From a phage: a stretch of 64,000 bases of DNA. Every line of letters starts with the position of its first letter. The first letter of the stretch is position 1. The position numbers were made by a program, and so were the translations under genes. Where the stretch lies: the sequence record PZ386974.1. The stretch is one strand, 5' to 3'. Below the pieces are notes generated by a model. It was not told the origin of the DNA. It saw nothing but the letters and a program-made list of their open reading frames with translations, and did not search any database. Below are positions 48,053 to 57,075 of the stretch, one piece after another.

Positions 48053-48397
48053 TTATTTTGACATATCATCAATTTGCTCTCGACGCCGACGCCATAGATT
48101 AATCACTTCATTAACACATTCGGCGTTTGATATATGACGGCAATAATATAATGATTCGCGTTTCTGGAACCGATGTTGCAATGGGATTTCGTTTAAAAGG
48201 TCTTTACGGTCAAAGTATTCAAAACTAGTTAACCCAGAACGGTTTTTAATGAACTTCCAATGACCGAATTCATTTTGAACATAGATGTAATCTGCATGTT
48301 GGTATAACAAATTAATCAATCGGTCTGAAATAACTGTATCATGTTCGTTAAAATAAAACGTTAAATCATGAACTACCAGATAAATATTGCCTTTCAT
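48053..48397 (-). CDS. hypothetical protein (114 aa)
   Basis: Start set at ATG 48397 (GAGGAA SD) to avoid overlap with tRNA-Arg. Confidence 0.5.
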   Translation of the reverse strand: MKGNIYLVVHDLTFYFNEHDTVISDRLINLLYQHADYIYVQNEFGHWKFIKNRSGLTSFEYFDRKDLLNEIPLQHRFQKRESLYYCRHISNAECVNEVINLWRRRREQIDDMSK

Positions 48398-48415
48398 ATT
48401 TTCCTCACTTAAAAT

Positions 48416-48492
48416 TGGTCGAGACAGAAGGATTCTAACCTTCAACCTACGGATTAGAAGTCCGTTGCTCGATACAATTGAGCTATGCCTCG
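48416..48492 (-). tRNA. tRNA-Arg (anticodon UCU), CCA encoded
   Basis: Manually folded cloverleaf: 7-bp acceptor stem (one G-U), D-stem GCTC/GAGC, anticodon stem ACGGA/TCCGT with loop CTTCTAA, T-stem GAAGG/CCTTC, discriminator A + CCA. Confidence 0.8.
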
Positions 48493-48498
48493 AATATA

Positions 48499-48572
48499 TG
48501 ACCCAGACCAGATTCGAACTGGTAACCTTTCCCTTATGAGGGGACTGCTGCTAACCATTGAGCTACAGGGCC
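48499..48572 (-). tRNA. tRNA with CAU anticodon (Met or lysidine-type Ile)
   Basis: T-arm ACCAG-TTCGAAT-CTGGT, anticodon loop CTCATAA with U33/A37, acceptor stem with one mismatch; CCA not encoded. Confidence 0.6.
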
Positions 48573-48651
48573 TAAATAACTTTCTATTATGAAAGGCACT
48601 TTAGAGTACCTTTGGTAATAGAGGGTATGAATTAATAATAACACATAATTC

Positions 48652-49167
48652 TTAAAGCAAATCAATCATTTTAACAGTTGGCAAAACGATTTCTTCTTCA
48701 ATATAAGCAAATTCGACACGTTCAACTACACGCAAGAAATCGTAATCATAGTATTCAGAAGCATAGCCAAGAATATCAATAAGACCTTGAGATATCTCAT
48801 CGCCTTTCACAAAGAACAGGTCGAATACGCGGGCTTCGTCTTCTTCAGATTTATTACCAAGGTCGACTTCAATATCAAAGACCTTTTTAATGAATTCCGG
48901 CTGGAGCTGGTCTGAAAACAGTCCTTCAACCAGATATTCGTAGATAATAAGCGAGCAATCACTGAATGGTGTATTACCACAGTAACGTTCAGCTTTAGTG
49001 CTGGAATGACGACTCTTAAATTTCTTCAAGAGATATTTAAACTGTTGGAGCTCATGTTCTTCCACACCAAATAATGTTTTGGTTTTATAGTTGTCACCGT
49101 CATTTTCCCAAGTAGTGACATCAATTACGTAACCCTTAGGAATTGTACTGCCTAAACAAATATTCAT
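48652..49167 (-). CDS. hypothetical protein (171 aa)
   Basis: ORF. Confidence 0.5.
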   Translation of the reverse strand: MNICLGSTIPKGYVIDVTTWENDGDNYKTKTLFGVEEHELQQFKYLLKKFKSRHSSTKAERYCGNTPFSDCSLIIYEYLVEGLFSDQLQPEFIKKVFDIEVDLGNKSEEDEARVFDLFFVKGDEISQGLIDILGYASEYYDYDFLRVVERVEFAYIEEEIVLPTVKMIDLL

Positions 49168-49171
49168 TTAC

Positions 49172-49462
49172 TCACCGTACCATATTAATGTAATTATATT
49201 CAATGCAACGTAATTTCAAAGGATTCTTGAAAATATCATATTCAAGAGGGCCTTGTTCTGTTTCAATAAAGAAATCAAAGTTAACTGTGTTAAATTTATC
49301 GTCTTCACAGAGTAATTTAACTTGCGAAGATGAACGGTCGATATAAACCTTTTCAACCTCAAAGTTAGTCAGAATACCGTAGTCATCGACTAGTGCTTTA
49401 GCTGCTCGTTGGTCGCTTTCATATCCGTTCTCGACAGATTTTACTTTAGCGTAAAGAATCAT
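49172..49462 (-). CDS. hypothetical protein (96 aa)
   Basis: ORF. Confidence 0.5.
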   Translation of the reverse strand: MILYAKVKSVENGYESDQRAAKALVDDYGILTNFEVEKVYIDRSSSQVKLLCEDDKFNTVNFDFFIETEQGPLEYDIFKNPLKLRCIEYNYINMVR

Positions 49463-49839
49463 GAATGTTCCACCATTTCAAAGGTATGAGCATCAACAAT
49501 ATGATACCAGTCAAAATTTTCTTCTGCGTTTTTATAAATTTCGCGAAGAGCCTCAACAGTTTTTCCTGTAGCAACAAGGTCGTCAATACCACCAAGAGGA
49601 TAACAGTCATAACCAGCAAACAGAAGGAAATTAATAGTTTCTGTAGGTTCTGGATGCAGAACTCCGTTATCGTCTACCACTTCAAAGAAAGTGTAAGAAG
49701 GAGTACAAGTTTTAATCCAGGTCCATGCTTGAGCTGCTGAATCAAATGGTCTGCGTATCAAACGACAATCAGGGTCTTTAGAAGGATTTGCTTCAAAATC
49801 CGCATATACATGATATTTCATTTTACTCACCTTTTGCAA
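49459..49839 (-). CDS. hypothetical protein (126 aa)
   Basis: ORF. Confidence 0.5.
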   Translation of the reverse strand: MQKVSKMKYHVYADFEANPSKDPDCRLIRRPFDSAAQAWTWIKTCTPSYTFFEVVDDNGVLHPEPTETINFLLFAGYDCYPLGGIDDLVATGKTVEALREIYKNAEENFDWYHIVDAHTFEMVEHS

Positions 49840-50029
49840 TTTTATCCATAACGATAGCGATTAAACCGATTAGAAATGCTACTACCAATGAGATAGAATT
49901 TTCTGATGTTGACAGTAGTCCGCAAATGAATCCTACAAACATCGAAAAACTAAAAGCCATTGAAGCAATTACTACAGCAACATTACGAATCAGTTCAGCG
50001 CGTTTCATTTTATTTCTCCATTTACTCAT
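49823..50029 (-). CDS. small membrane protein (68 aa)
   Basis: Single long hydrophobic segment; promoter element directly upstream. Confidence 0.45.
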   Translation of the reverse strand: MSKWRNKMKRAELIRNVAVVIASMAFSFSMFVGFICGLLSTSENSISLVVAFLIGLIAIVMDKIAKGE

Positions 50030-50035
50030 TTGTTT

Positions 50036-50075
50036 TGATAGGACTACTATAACATAGTCCTATCAGCATGTAAAC
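50036..50075 (-). promoter_or_regulatory. early-type promoter GTTTAC-N18-TATAGT with perfect inverted repeat ATAGGACTA/TAGTCCTAT flanking -10
   Basis: Hexamers, spacing and 9-bp arms read directly. Confidence 0.5.
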
Positions 50076-50078
50076 TAC

Positions 50079-50366
50079 TTATAGAAGAGTTTTTGCAATA
50101 ATTTTAAGCTGAGCTACAGAAATATGCTTAGCTTTAAACAGTGCAGTCTCTTCAGCCGGAGAGATAACAATAGTAGCGCCATCTTTCTTAGCAGACCATC
50201 CATCCCCTAAATAAACAGTACCTTTTACTTCTTCGCCGTCAACCAGACTAATCATTGGTTTACCCTCGCGTCCTTTATTTGCTTTAATAACTTCGGAAGT
50301 AAGGGTTGCTTCGGTCAGAGTAGAAACGTTAGCAACAGGTGATATAAATTCTTTATAGGTTTTCAT
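50079..50366 (-). CDS. internal protein (ipI-like by position) with capsid-targeting-like N-terminus
   Basis: N-terminus MKTYKEFISP; located upstream of 57B as ipI is in T4. Confidence 0.6.
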   Translation of the reverse strand: MKTYKEFISPVANVSTLTEATLTSEVIKANKGREGKPMISLVDGEEVKGTVYLGDGWSAKKDGATIVISPAEETALFKAKHISVAQLKIIAKTLL

Positions 50367-50399
50367 TTTATTTCCTTGAGGTTGTTTATTTGATAGGAT

Positions 50400-50429
50400 G
50401 ATAGTAACACACCATCATCCTTATGTAAA
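50400..50429 (-). promoter_or_regulatory. early-type promoter GTTTAC-N18-TACTAT with inverted repeat AGGATGAT/ATCATCCT
   Basis: Upstream of the ipI-like gene. Confidence 0.45.
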
Positions 50430-50443
50430 CTGTTTTGTGAAAA

Positions 50444-51129
<686 letters not shown>

Positions 51130-51133
51130 TTTA

Positions 51134-51868
51134 TTACCTTAAGATTGTTTCAATTTTAGAATAAAGCTCTTCTAAAGAGCCGTCGTTTGTAATAACTAAA
51201 TCGCCTTCTTCAATAGGCAACCCAGCTTCTGTAATATGTTTATCGGTGGATTCCGTACCAGAGCGAACCACATGAATAACTGTAGCACCCATCGCTCTAG
51301 CGGTTTCCATTTCATGGACTTGACGTGTATCGGTTACGACATAGTAATCGAAATCACTTCCAATATAATCCATATAGTTTAATGCAAAAAGCTTAACCCA
51401 ATACATACGGTCAAATAAATTAACGACAACATCCGTACCGAGGGCTTGCATAAGACGGCGGATTGACCATGTGTCGTTGATATTATTTATAGCTTCACGC
51501 AGGGCTTCATATGGTTTAATATCTAGATACGAATATCCACCTTCTAACGATGATAATACTTTAACATTATTAATCGGTAAATATTGACTTTGTAAATAAA
51601 TTAGCGCTTCTTCCATTAATTCAATAACATCCAACTTATTGATATTTAATGGCGTTTCACGGTCGTATCCAACACCTTCAAAGTATTCATATTTCAACTC
51701 AGTGAATACATCAGGGTTTTCAGCATGTTTACGTTCCCAGGCTATTGCTAGAGCGTCTTTAATCGGATAGGCCAATTGGTATTTTACGGATTTAAAGTTT
51801 GAATTGATGTAATCAGCAGTGGTGTCTTTACCACTACGTTTGATGCCGCTTAAAAAGATTAGCTCCAT
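51134..51868 (-). CDS. 1: deoxynucleoside monophosphate kinase gp1
   Basis: MELIFLSGIKRSGKDTTADYI P-loop and DRMYWVKLFAL motif match T4 gp1. Confidence 0.9.
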   Translation of the reverse strand: MELIFLSGIKRSGKDTTADYINSNFKSVKYQLAYPIKDALAIAWERKHAENPDVFTELKYEYFEGVGYDRETPLNINKLDVIELMEEALIYLQSQYLPINNVKVLSSLEGGYSYLDIKPYEALREAINNINDTWSIRRLMQALGTDVVVNLFDRMYWVKLFALNYMDYIGSDFDYYVVTDTRQVHEMETARAMGATVIHVVRSGTESTDKHITEAGLPIEEGDLVITNDGSLEELYSKIETILR

Positions 51869-51921
51869 AGGTTTTCCTCATATAATTTATGAGTGATTAT
51901 AACATACGGAGCTAGAAGCGA

Positions 51922-52512
51922 TTAACGCAAGGAAGGGTGTCTAGAAATGGATTTAGATTCGACCGCTTGACGTGGTTGTTGAGATACAATGACTTCACCA
52001 TCTTTTTCTATCGTCATATACGCGTAGTGAATAGTTGCTACGCACGTAACGGCAGGGTCAGAGTCTTCGGTGTAACTAAATTCAATTTCACTCAAATCAG
52101 AAATCCATGGTTTATAGAAATTTGCCGTCAAAACTACTTCTGTCTTATTGTTGTTTAAAATGTGCAAAGTAACAAACTCAGGACCATCGGAGTGGGCCGT
52201 ATTATGTCCGGTTATATAGTTATTAGTGCTGAGCATCCATTTATACATGTTCATCCAGGACGTCATGTCTTCATCAACTATAAATCGTACAACAAAAGGG
52301 TCATATTCAAATGTGGTGCCTGCACGCATTGCACGTCCTAACCCCATTGTGCCTGTCACAGTTTCAACAACAGGAATTCTCACACCTGGCAATGGAGCCG
52401 TTTGGGCATTGAGCACAAAACCTGAAGTTCGTGTACTATCTGGGATATCCACAACAAAGTTTGTTATATTTGTTTGGTTAAAAATCTGTCTCGTTGGACG
52501 AGTCATAAGCAC
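51922..52512 (-). CDS. 3: tail completion / sheath stabiliser protein gp3 (by synteny)
   Basis: 196-aa ORF between 1 and 2. Confidence 0.7.
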   Translation of the reverse strand: MLMTRPTRQIFNQTNITNFVVDIPDSTRTSGFVLNAQTAPLPGVRIPVVETVTGTMGLGRAMRAGTTFEYDPFVVRFIVDEDMTSWMNMYKWMLSTNNYITGHNTAHSDGPEFVTLHILNNNKTEVVLTANFYKPWISDLSEIEFSYTEDSDPAVTCVATIHYAYMTIEKDGEVIVSQQPRQAVESKSISRHPSLR

Positions 52513-52608
52513 CTCAAAAACGCTTTAATAAAAATGCAGTATAATGGTTTTAGGTCTCTTCCATTAATCCGGTTCAACAGAATATCAGAAGAACGGAAGA
52601 GAATAGAA

Positions 52609-53430
52609 TTAAGATTTCCAAACAGTATTCGCAGAGAAACGTTTTCCTTTTGACATAAACTGCTGAGTAGGTAACATGATTATGTTAGCCCAGTCTTTAG
52701 GAGCTATTTCTGTTATTGTTCCTCTAATGTGGCCTGGCAGGTATGCTTTAATCATTTTGTCAGCACCTTGAAATCCTTTCACCTTGCTCCAGTCTATCTT
52801 CAACTTTGTGTTATTAGTAATAGTAGTTGTGCTAGCATATTGCTTCAGCAATTCTTCAAGAAACTGTTGGCGTGCTTTAGGTGGGATATAGTGCAAGTTT
52901 AACCCATACATCAAATTATGTTTACCTAATCCTAAATAAATAATCAAAGGATATCGGTCCCAGTATGGCAGAGTATCTTTATGTTTAGCATCATACACGT
53001 AAGTATAAATTTTGCCTGGCGTAGGCTTGACTACTTTATGACCTTTTACACTTTTTTTAATTGTTTCAACAAACCACTTAGATGATTTGTTGTTTACTGC
53101 TGCGCCTTCATTTCTAATCTTTTCTCGTATTGAACTGCGAAACGAGTTTATCATCAGAAGTTGACGTTCTTGCTTATTGAGTTTATTTTTAGGTTTAGAT
53201 TCAAGCGTTTCAATTTTCTGTGCAGTCTTAATAGATGATGCATATCTAGACATTGCAGATGTAAACGACGAGTATTTTATTCCTTTTGATTCTGCAAATG
53301 CTTTTGCAGTGATTCCTTTCTCTTTAGCTTTCTTGTATTCTAATCCTATCTCAATCCATTTTCTTTCATTCATAGACTGAGCAATCTTAGGGGCTTGTAC
53401 GCCTTCAGATATAATTTGGAATATGCTCAT
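52609..53430 (-). CDS. 2: DNA end-protector protein gp2 (by synteny and size)
   Basis: 273 aa, basic; T4 gp2 is similar in size. Confidence 0.7.
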   Translation of the reverse strand: MSIFQIISEGVQAPKIAQSMNERKWIEIGLEYKKAKEKGITAKAFAESKGIKYSSFTSAMSRYASSIKTAQKIETLESKPKNKLNKQERQLLMINSFRSSIREKIRNEGAAVNNKSSKWFVETIKKSVKGHKVVKPTPGKIYTYVYDAKHKDTLPYWDRYPLIIYLGLGKHNLMYGLNLHYIPPKARQQFLEELLKQYASTTTITNNTKLKIDWSKVKGFQGADKMIKAYLPGHIRGTITEIAPKDWANIIMLPTQQFMSKGKRFSANTVWKS

Positions 53431-53432
53431 AA

Positions 53433-53882
53433 TTACCCCTTGTATCCGAGTTTTCTAAGACCATCTTCGGTTAGAACTCGAAATTTTATATTTCTCTTTT
53501 CAGCAACAGCTGAGGCAGCTTTCCATTTGTCACAGTTCACAGACCACGTGTAGATTTCATTCATATAACGTTTCTTTGCTGCAGTCGTAAGATTTGCAGG
53601 CTTAATAGGTGGTTGAGTTTCTTTCTTTGGTTTTATTTCTACAAAGAACTCTTGACCTGATGCATCTTTCATCCATATGTCCATATAGTATCGACGTTTT
53701 TTACCTTCTGCGTTACAGAAATATGGAATTACTGCTGTTTCACTACCCCATGCAATAATTTCTGGATTTTTATCCAACCATTCGAAAAAGAATTTTTCCC
53801 AGTTTGAACGATACGTTATTTTGGTATGGTCTCCACGGTATTTTTTTAAATTTTTTGGGACCCATTTACCAGAGTAGGCCAT
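53433..53882 (-). CDS. 4: head completion protein gp4 (by synteny)
   Basis: 149 aa; divergently arranged with gene 53. Confidence 0.75.
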   Translation of the reverse strand: MAYSGKWVPKNLKKYRGDHTKITYRSNWEKFFFEWLDKNPEIIAWGSETAVIPYFCNAEGKKRRYYMDIWMKDASGQEFFVEIKPKKETQPPIKPANLTTAAKKRYMNEIYTWSVNCDKWKAASAVAEKRNIKFRVLTEDGLRKLGYKG

Positions 53883-53893
53883 GTTGTCCTCCT

Positions 53894-53901
53894 TATAAAT
53901 A
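53894..53901 (+). promoter_or_regulatory. late promoter TATAAATA for gene 53
   Basis: Exact TATAAATA 43 bp upstream of the gene 53 ATG. Confidence 0.7.
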
Positions 53902-53908
53902 GTATTAT

Positions 53909-53916
53909 TATTTATA
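53909..53916 (-). promoter_or_regulatory. late promoter TATAAATA (minus strand) for gene 4
   Basis: Exact TATAAATA on minus strand ~27 bp upstream of the gene 4 ATG. Confidence 0.65.
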
Positions 53917-53943
53917 CCAATTTCATATTGGAAGGAGACTATC

Positions 53944-54519
53944 TTGTTATTTACATTCTTCGACCCAATAGGATATAGTGCTAAAACAGTTAATAAGAAC
54001 GCACCTACTATTCCTATGACAGATATATTTCGTAACTATAAAGAGTACTTTAAGCGTGTGGCCGCCAATTATAGATTACGTTCTTATTACATTAAAGGCT
54101 CTCCACGCCCTGAAGAACTAGCGAATATCATTTATGGCAACCCGCAATTATACTGGGTTCTTTTGATGTGTAATGATAACTATGATCCGTATTATGGTTG
54201 GATTACATCTCAGGAAGCAGCGTATCAAGCTTCTATTCAGAAATATGCAAATGCCGGCGGCGACCAAATTCTTTATCATATTAACGAGAACCGTGAGAAA
54301 TTTTACAATTTGGTTTCATATCCGGACGAGCCTTTAGTGTGGTACGATAAAGGTGATGAAGCTCGTAAGTATCCGCAATATAAAGGACCTTTAGCTGCAG
54401 TAGATACTTATGAAGCGGCAGTATTAGATAATGAAAAACTTCGTAAAATAAAAATTGTTGCAAAAGAAGATATAAACTCGTTTATTACTGATTTGATTCG
54501 TGAGATGGAGATTGCATAA
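53944..54519 (+). CDS. 53: baseplate wedge protein gp53
   Basis: 191 aa, immediately precedes gene 5 with ATAATG overlap. Confidence 0.8.
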   Translation: MLFTFFDPIGYSAKTVNKNAPTIPMTDIFRNYKEYFKRVAANYRLRSYYIKGSPRPEELANIIYGNPQLYWVLLMCNDNYDPYYGWITSQEAAYQASIQKYANAGGDQILYHINENREKFYNLVSYPDEPLVWYDKGDEARKYPQYKGPLAAVDTYEAAVLDNEKLRKIKIVAKEDINSFITDLIREMEIA

Positions 54520-56252
54520 TGGAAATGATTAGCAGTAGCCTTAATTGGTTCGTGGGTGTTGTCGAAGACAGAATGGACCCATTAAAACAAGGGCGAGTTC
54601 GAGTTCGAGTCGTTGGTCTTCATCCAGCACAGAGAGCACAAGGTGATGTACAAGGTATTCCTACAGAAAAACTTCCATGGATGACTGTTATTCAACCTAT
54701 TACGTCTGCATCAATGTCAGGTATTGGCGGTTCTGTTACAGGTCCTGTTGAAGGAACTCGAGTATATGGTCATTTCTTAGACAAATGGAAAACAAACGGG
54801 ATTGTACTTGGTACATATGGCGGGATTGTACGTGAAAAGCCTAATAGACTTGAAGGTTTTTCAGACCCGACAGGCCAGTATCCGCGACGTTTAGGTAATG
54901 ATACGAACGTATTAAACCAAGGTGGTGAAGCTGGTTATTATTCGAACTCTAACGTAATTCAAGATAACAACTTGGATTATGGTATAAACCCAGATGATAC
55001 AGATTTAGCAAATATTCCAGAAGATGATGACCCTAATTTTACAATAACAGAAATGTTACGTCGTGACGAAGGTCTTCGTGATAAAGTGTATTGGGACCAT
55101 CTCGGATATCCTACCGTAGGTATTGGACACCTTATCATAATGGAAAAGACCCGAGATATGTCTCGAATTAATAAATTGTTATCTGATCAAGTAGGGCGTG
55201 AAGTAACAGGAAATCCGGGAACTATTACATTAGAAGAAGCAACAGCGTTATTTGAGAAGGACCTTGCTAAGATGCAGAAAGACATTCGTTCTAATTCTAA
55301 AGTAGGTCCTGTTTATGCTAAAATGAACAGATCTCGCCAAATGGCATTAGAAAACATGTGCTTCCAAATGGGCGTTGGTGGTGTAGCAAAATTCAATACT
55401 ATGCTTAAAGCAATGGCCGAAGGTGATTGGAAAACTGCATACAAATCTGGGCGCGATTCATTATGGTTCCAACAGACTAAAGGACGCGCTTCACGTGTAA
55501 CAACAATTATTTTAACCGGTAACATGGAATCATACGGTGTTCCTGTTAAAACACCGCCTTCACCAGGAGTTGGTGCCGATTTAGTTACTAGAAATACCGA
55601 TTCAGAAGACCCGGCTGGTCCTCCTGTTCCATTAGATTCACGCATCCTTTTTAAAGAACCAGAATCAAGTTATCGTGGTGAGTATCCATATGTTCATGCT
55701 ATGGAAACAGAAAGCGGTCATATCCAAGAATTTGACGATACTCCAGGTAATGAACGTTATCGCTTAGTTCATCCAACAGGGTCATATGAGGAAGTTTCTC
55801 CGTCTGGGCGACGTACTCGTAAAACTGTAGAAGACCTTTTTGACATCACTAATGGTGATGGGAACTTCTTGATTTCTGGCGATAAGCTTGTTAACGTTGG
55901 TGCTAATGAAATATATTATAACATGGCAGACCGCCTCCATCAAATAGACGGCAATGACACAATCTTTATTCGTGGTAACCAATCTAAAACTGTTGAAGGC
56001 GATGGAACTCTTTACGTTAAGGGTAATATCAAAATAGTTGTTGACGGAAATGCAGATATTCTTGTTAAAGGTGATGCTAAAACTCAGGTCGAAGGGAATC
56101 ATGATTACACCGTTAACGGAAACGTTAAATGGACCGTTAATGGTAATGTTGATATGACTGTTGCCGGGGATTGGGCAGAAACAATGTCTACAATGAGCTC
56201 AGTAGCTTCAGGACAATACACTGTTGACGGATCTCGTATTGATATTGGGTAA
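54519..56252 (+). CDS. 5: baseplate hub + tail lysozyme (cell-puncturing device) gp5
   Basis: 577 aa; lysozyme domain (MLRRDEGLRDKVYWDHLGYPTVGIGHL) and C-terminal VxGxxxxxV beta-helix repeats. Confidence 0.92.
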   Translation: MEMISSSLNWFVGVVEDRMDPLKQGRVRVRVVGLHPAQRAQGDVQGIPTEKLPWMTVIQPITSASMSGIGGSVTGPVEGTRVYGHFLDKWKTNGIVLGTYGGIVREKPNRLEGFSDPTGQYPRRLGNDTNVLNQGGEAGYYSNSNVIQDNNLDYGINPDDTDLANIPEDDDPNFTITEMLRRDEGLRDKVYWDHLGYPTVGIGHLIIMEKTRDMSRINKLLSDQVGREVTGNPGTITLEEATALFEKDLAKMQKDIRSNSKVGPVYAKMNRSRQMALENMCFQMGVGGVAKFNTMLKAMAEGDWKTAYKSGRDSLWFQQTKGRASRVTTIILTGNMESYGVPVKTPPSPGVGADLVTRNTDSEDPAGPPVPLDSRILFKEPESSYRGEYPYVHAMETESGHIQEFDDTPGNERYRLVHPTGSYEEVSPSGRRTRKTVEDLFDITNGDGNFLISGDKLVNVGANEIYYNMADRLHQIDGNDTIFIRGNQSKTVEGDGTLYVKGNIKIVVDGNADILVKGDAKTQVEGNHDYTVNGNVKWTVNGNVDMTVAGDWAETMSTMSSVASGQYTVDGSRIDIG

Positions 56253-56255
56253 TAT

Positions 56256-56771
56256 ATGGCACAAATACTTCCTTTAAATACCGACTTAGGAGAAGACATG
56301 GAAGGGGCGTCTATTGACGTCCTTTTTACTCCACAGTTAGAAACAACCGAAACTTTAGTGTCAATAAATATAACAGATTATGAACCGACACAAGGCATTA
56401 CGGTAGATGGTAATCGTTTATATGGAACATATGAAAGTGTGTTTAGCTTTTCTTCGGATGCATTGAAATACCGATTAAATGATGATTTTGAAACCGCATC
56501 TTCATGGGATGATTTACCAAAAGATGAATCCACACAGTTATATTTGTGGAGAGCTCCTCAGAATCTTCGTAAAGTGTTTAGTTATACGGTTGAAATGATT
56601 TATAACCACCAAGAAGAAAGTTCATCAGGCGGTTCTAGAAGTGACTCTGGTACAGAACCTCCACCGGCTCCAGTACAAAAAACTCTTACTAAGGTTTATA
56701 CAAAAACTATAGTAGGAAATTGGAGCAAATGGGCTCATCAATTACGAAACTATGTTTATGTGAGGCCGTGA
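56256..56771 (+). CDS. 5.1: gp5.1-like protein (by position)
   Basis: 171-aa ORF between 5 and 5.4. Confidence 0.55.
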   Translation: MAQILPLNTDLGEDMEGASIDVLFTPQLETTETLVSINITDYEPTQGITVDGNRLYGTYESVFSFSSDALKYRLNDDFETASSWDDLPKDESTQLYLWRAPQNLRKVFSYTVEMIYNHQEESSSGGSRSDSGTEPPPAPVQKTLTKVYTKTIVGNWSKWAHQLRNYVYVRP

Positions 56772-56773
56772 AA

Positions 56774-57067
56774 ATGTCTGGCTTAAGTTACGACAAGTGC
56801 GTTACAGCAGGTCATGAAGCATGGCCTCCTACTGTAATAAATGCTTCCCAATCTAAAGTGTTCACAGGCGGTATTCCTGTTCTTGTGGCAGGAGACCAAA
56901 TAACACCTCATACAGAAATTAAAAAACCATACGAGACTCATGGAGGTGTTACTGAACCTCGTACATCTAAAGTATACGTCACCGGTAAAAAGGCCGTTCA
57001 AATGGCTGACCCAATTTCATGCGGGGATACTGTTTCTCAGGCCTCGTCAAAAGTCTTTATAAAATAG
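56774..57067 (+). CDS. 5.4: PAAR-repeat spike-tip protein gp5.4-like
   Basis: 97 aa from ATG 56774; Cys/His spacing and V-rich beta pattern consistent with a PAAR fold; position before gene 6. Confidence 0.6.
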   Translation: MSGLSYDKCVTAGHEAWPPTVINASQSKVFTGGIPVLVAGDQITPHTEIKKPYETHGGVTEPRTSKVYVTGKKAVQMADPISCGDTVSQASSKVFIK

Positions 57068-57075
57068 GAATTAAA

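Noticed and set aside
16636-50429. CRISPR array interpretation of the recurring ~40-bp intergenic repeats
   Set aside because: Copies are dispersed singly between genes, not in a regular repeat-spacer array, and each matches promoter hexamer geometry.
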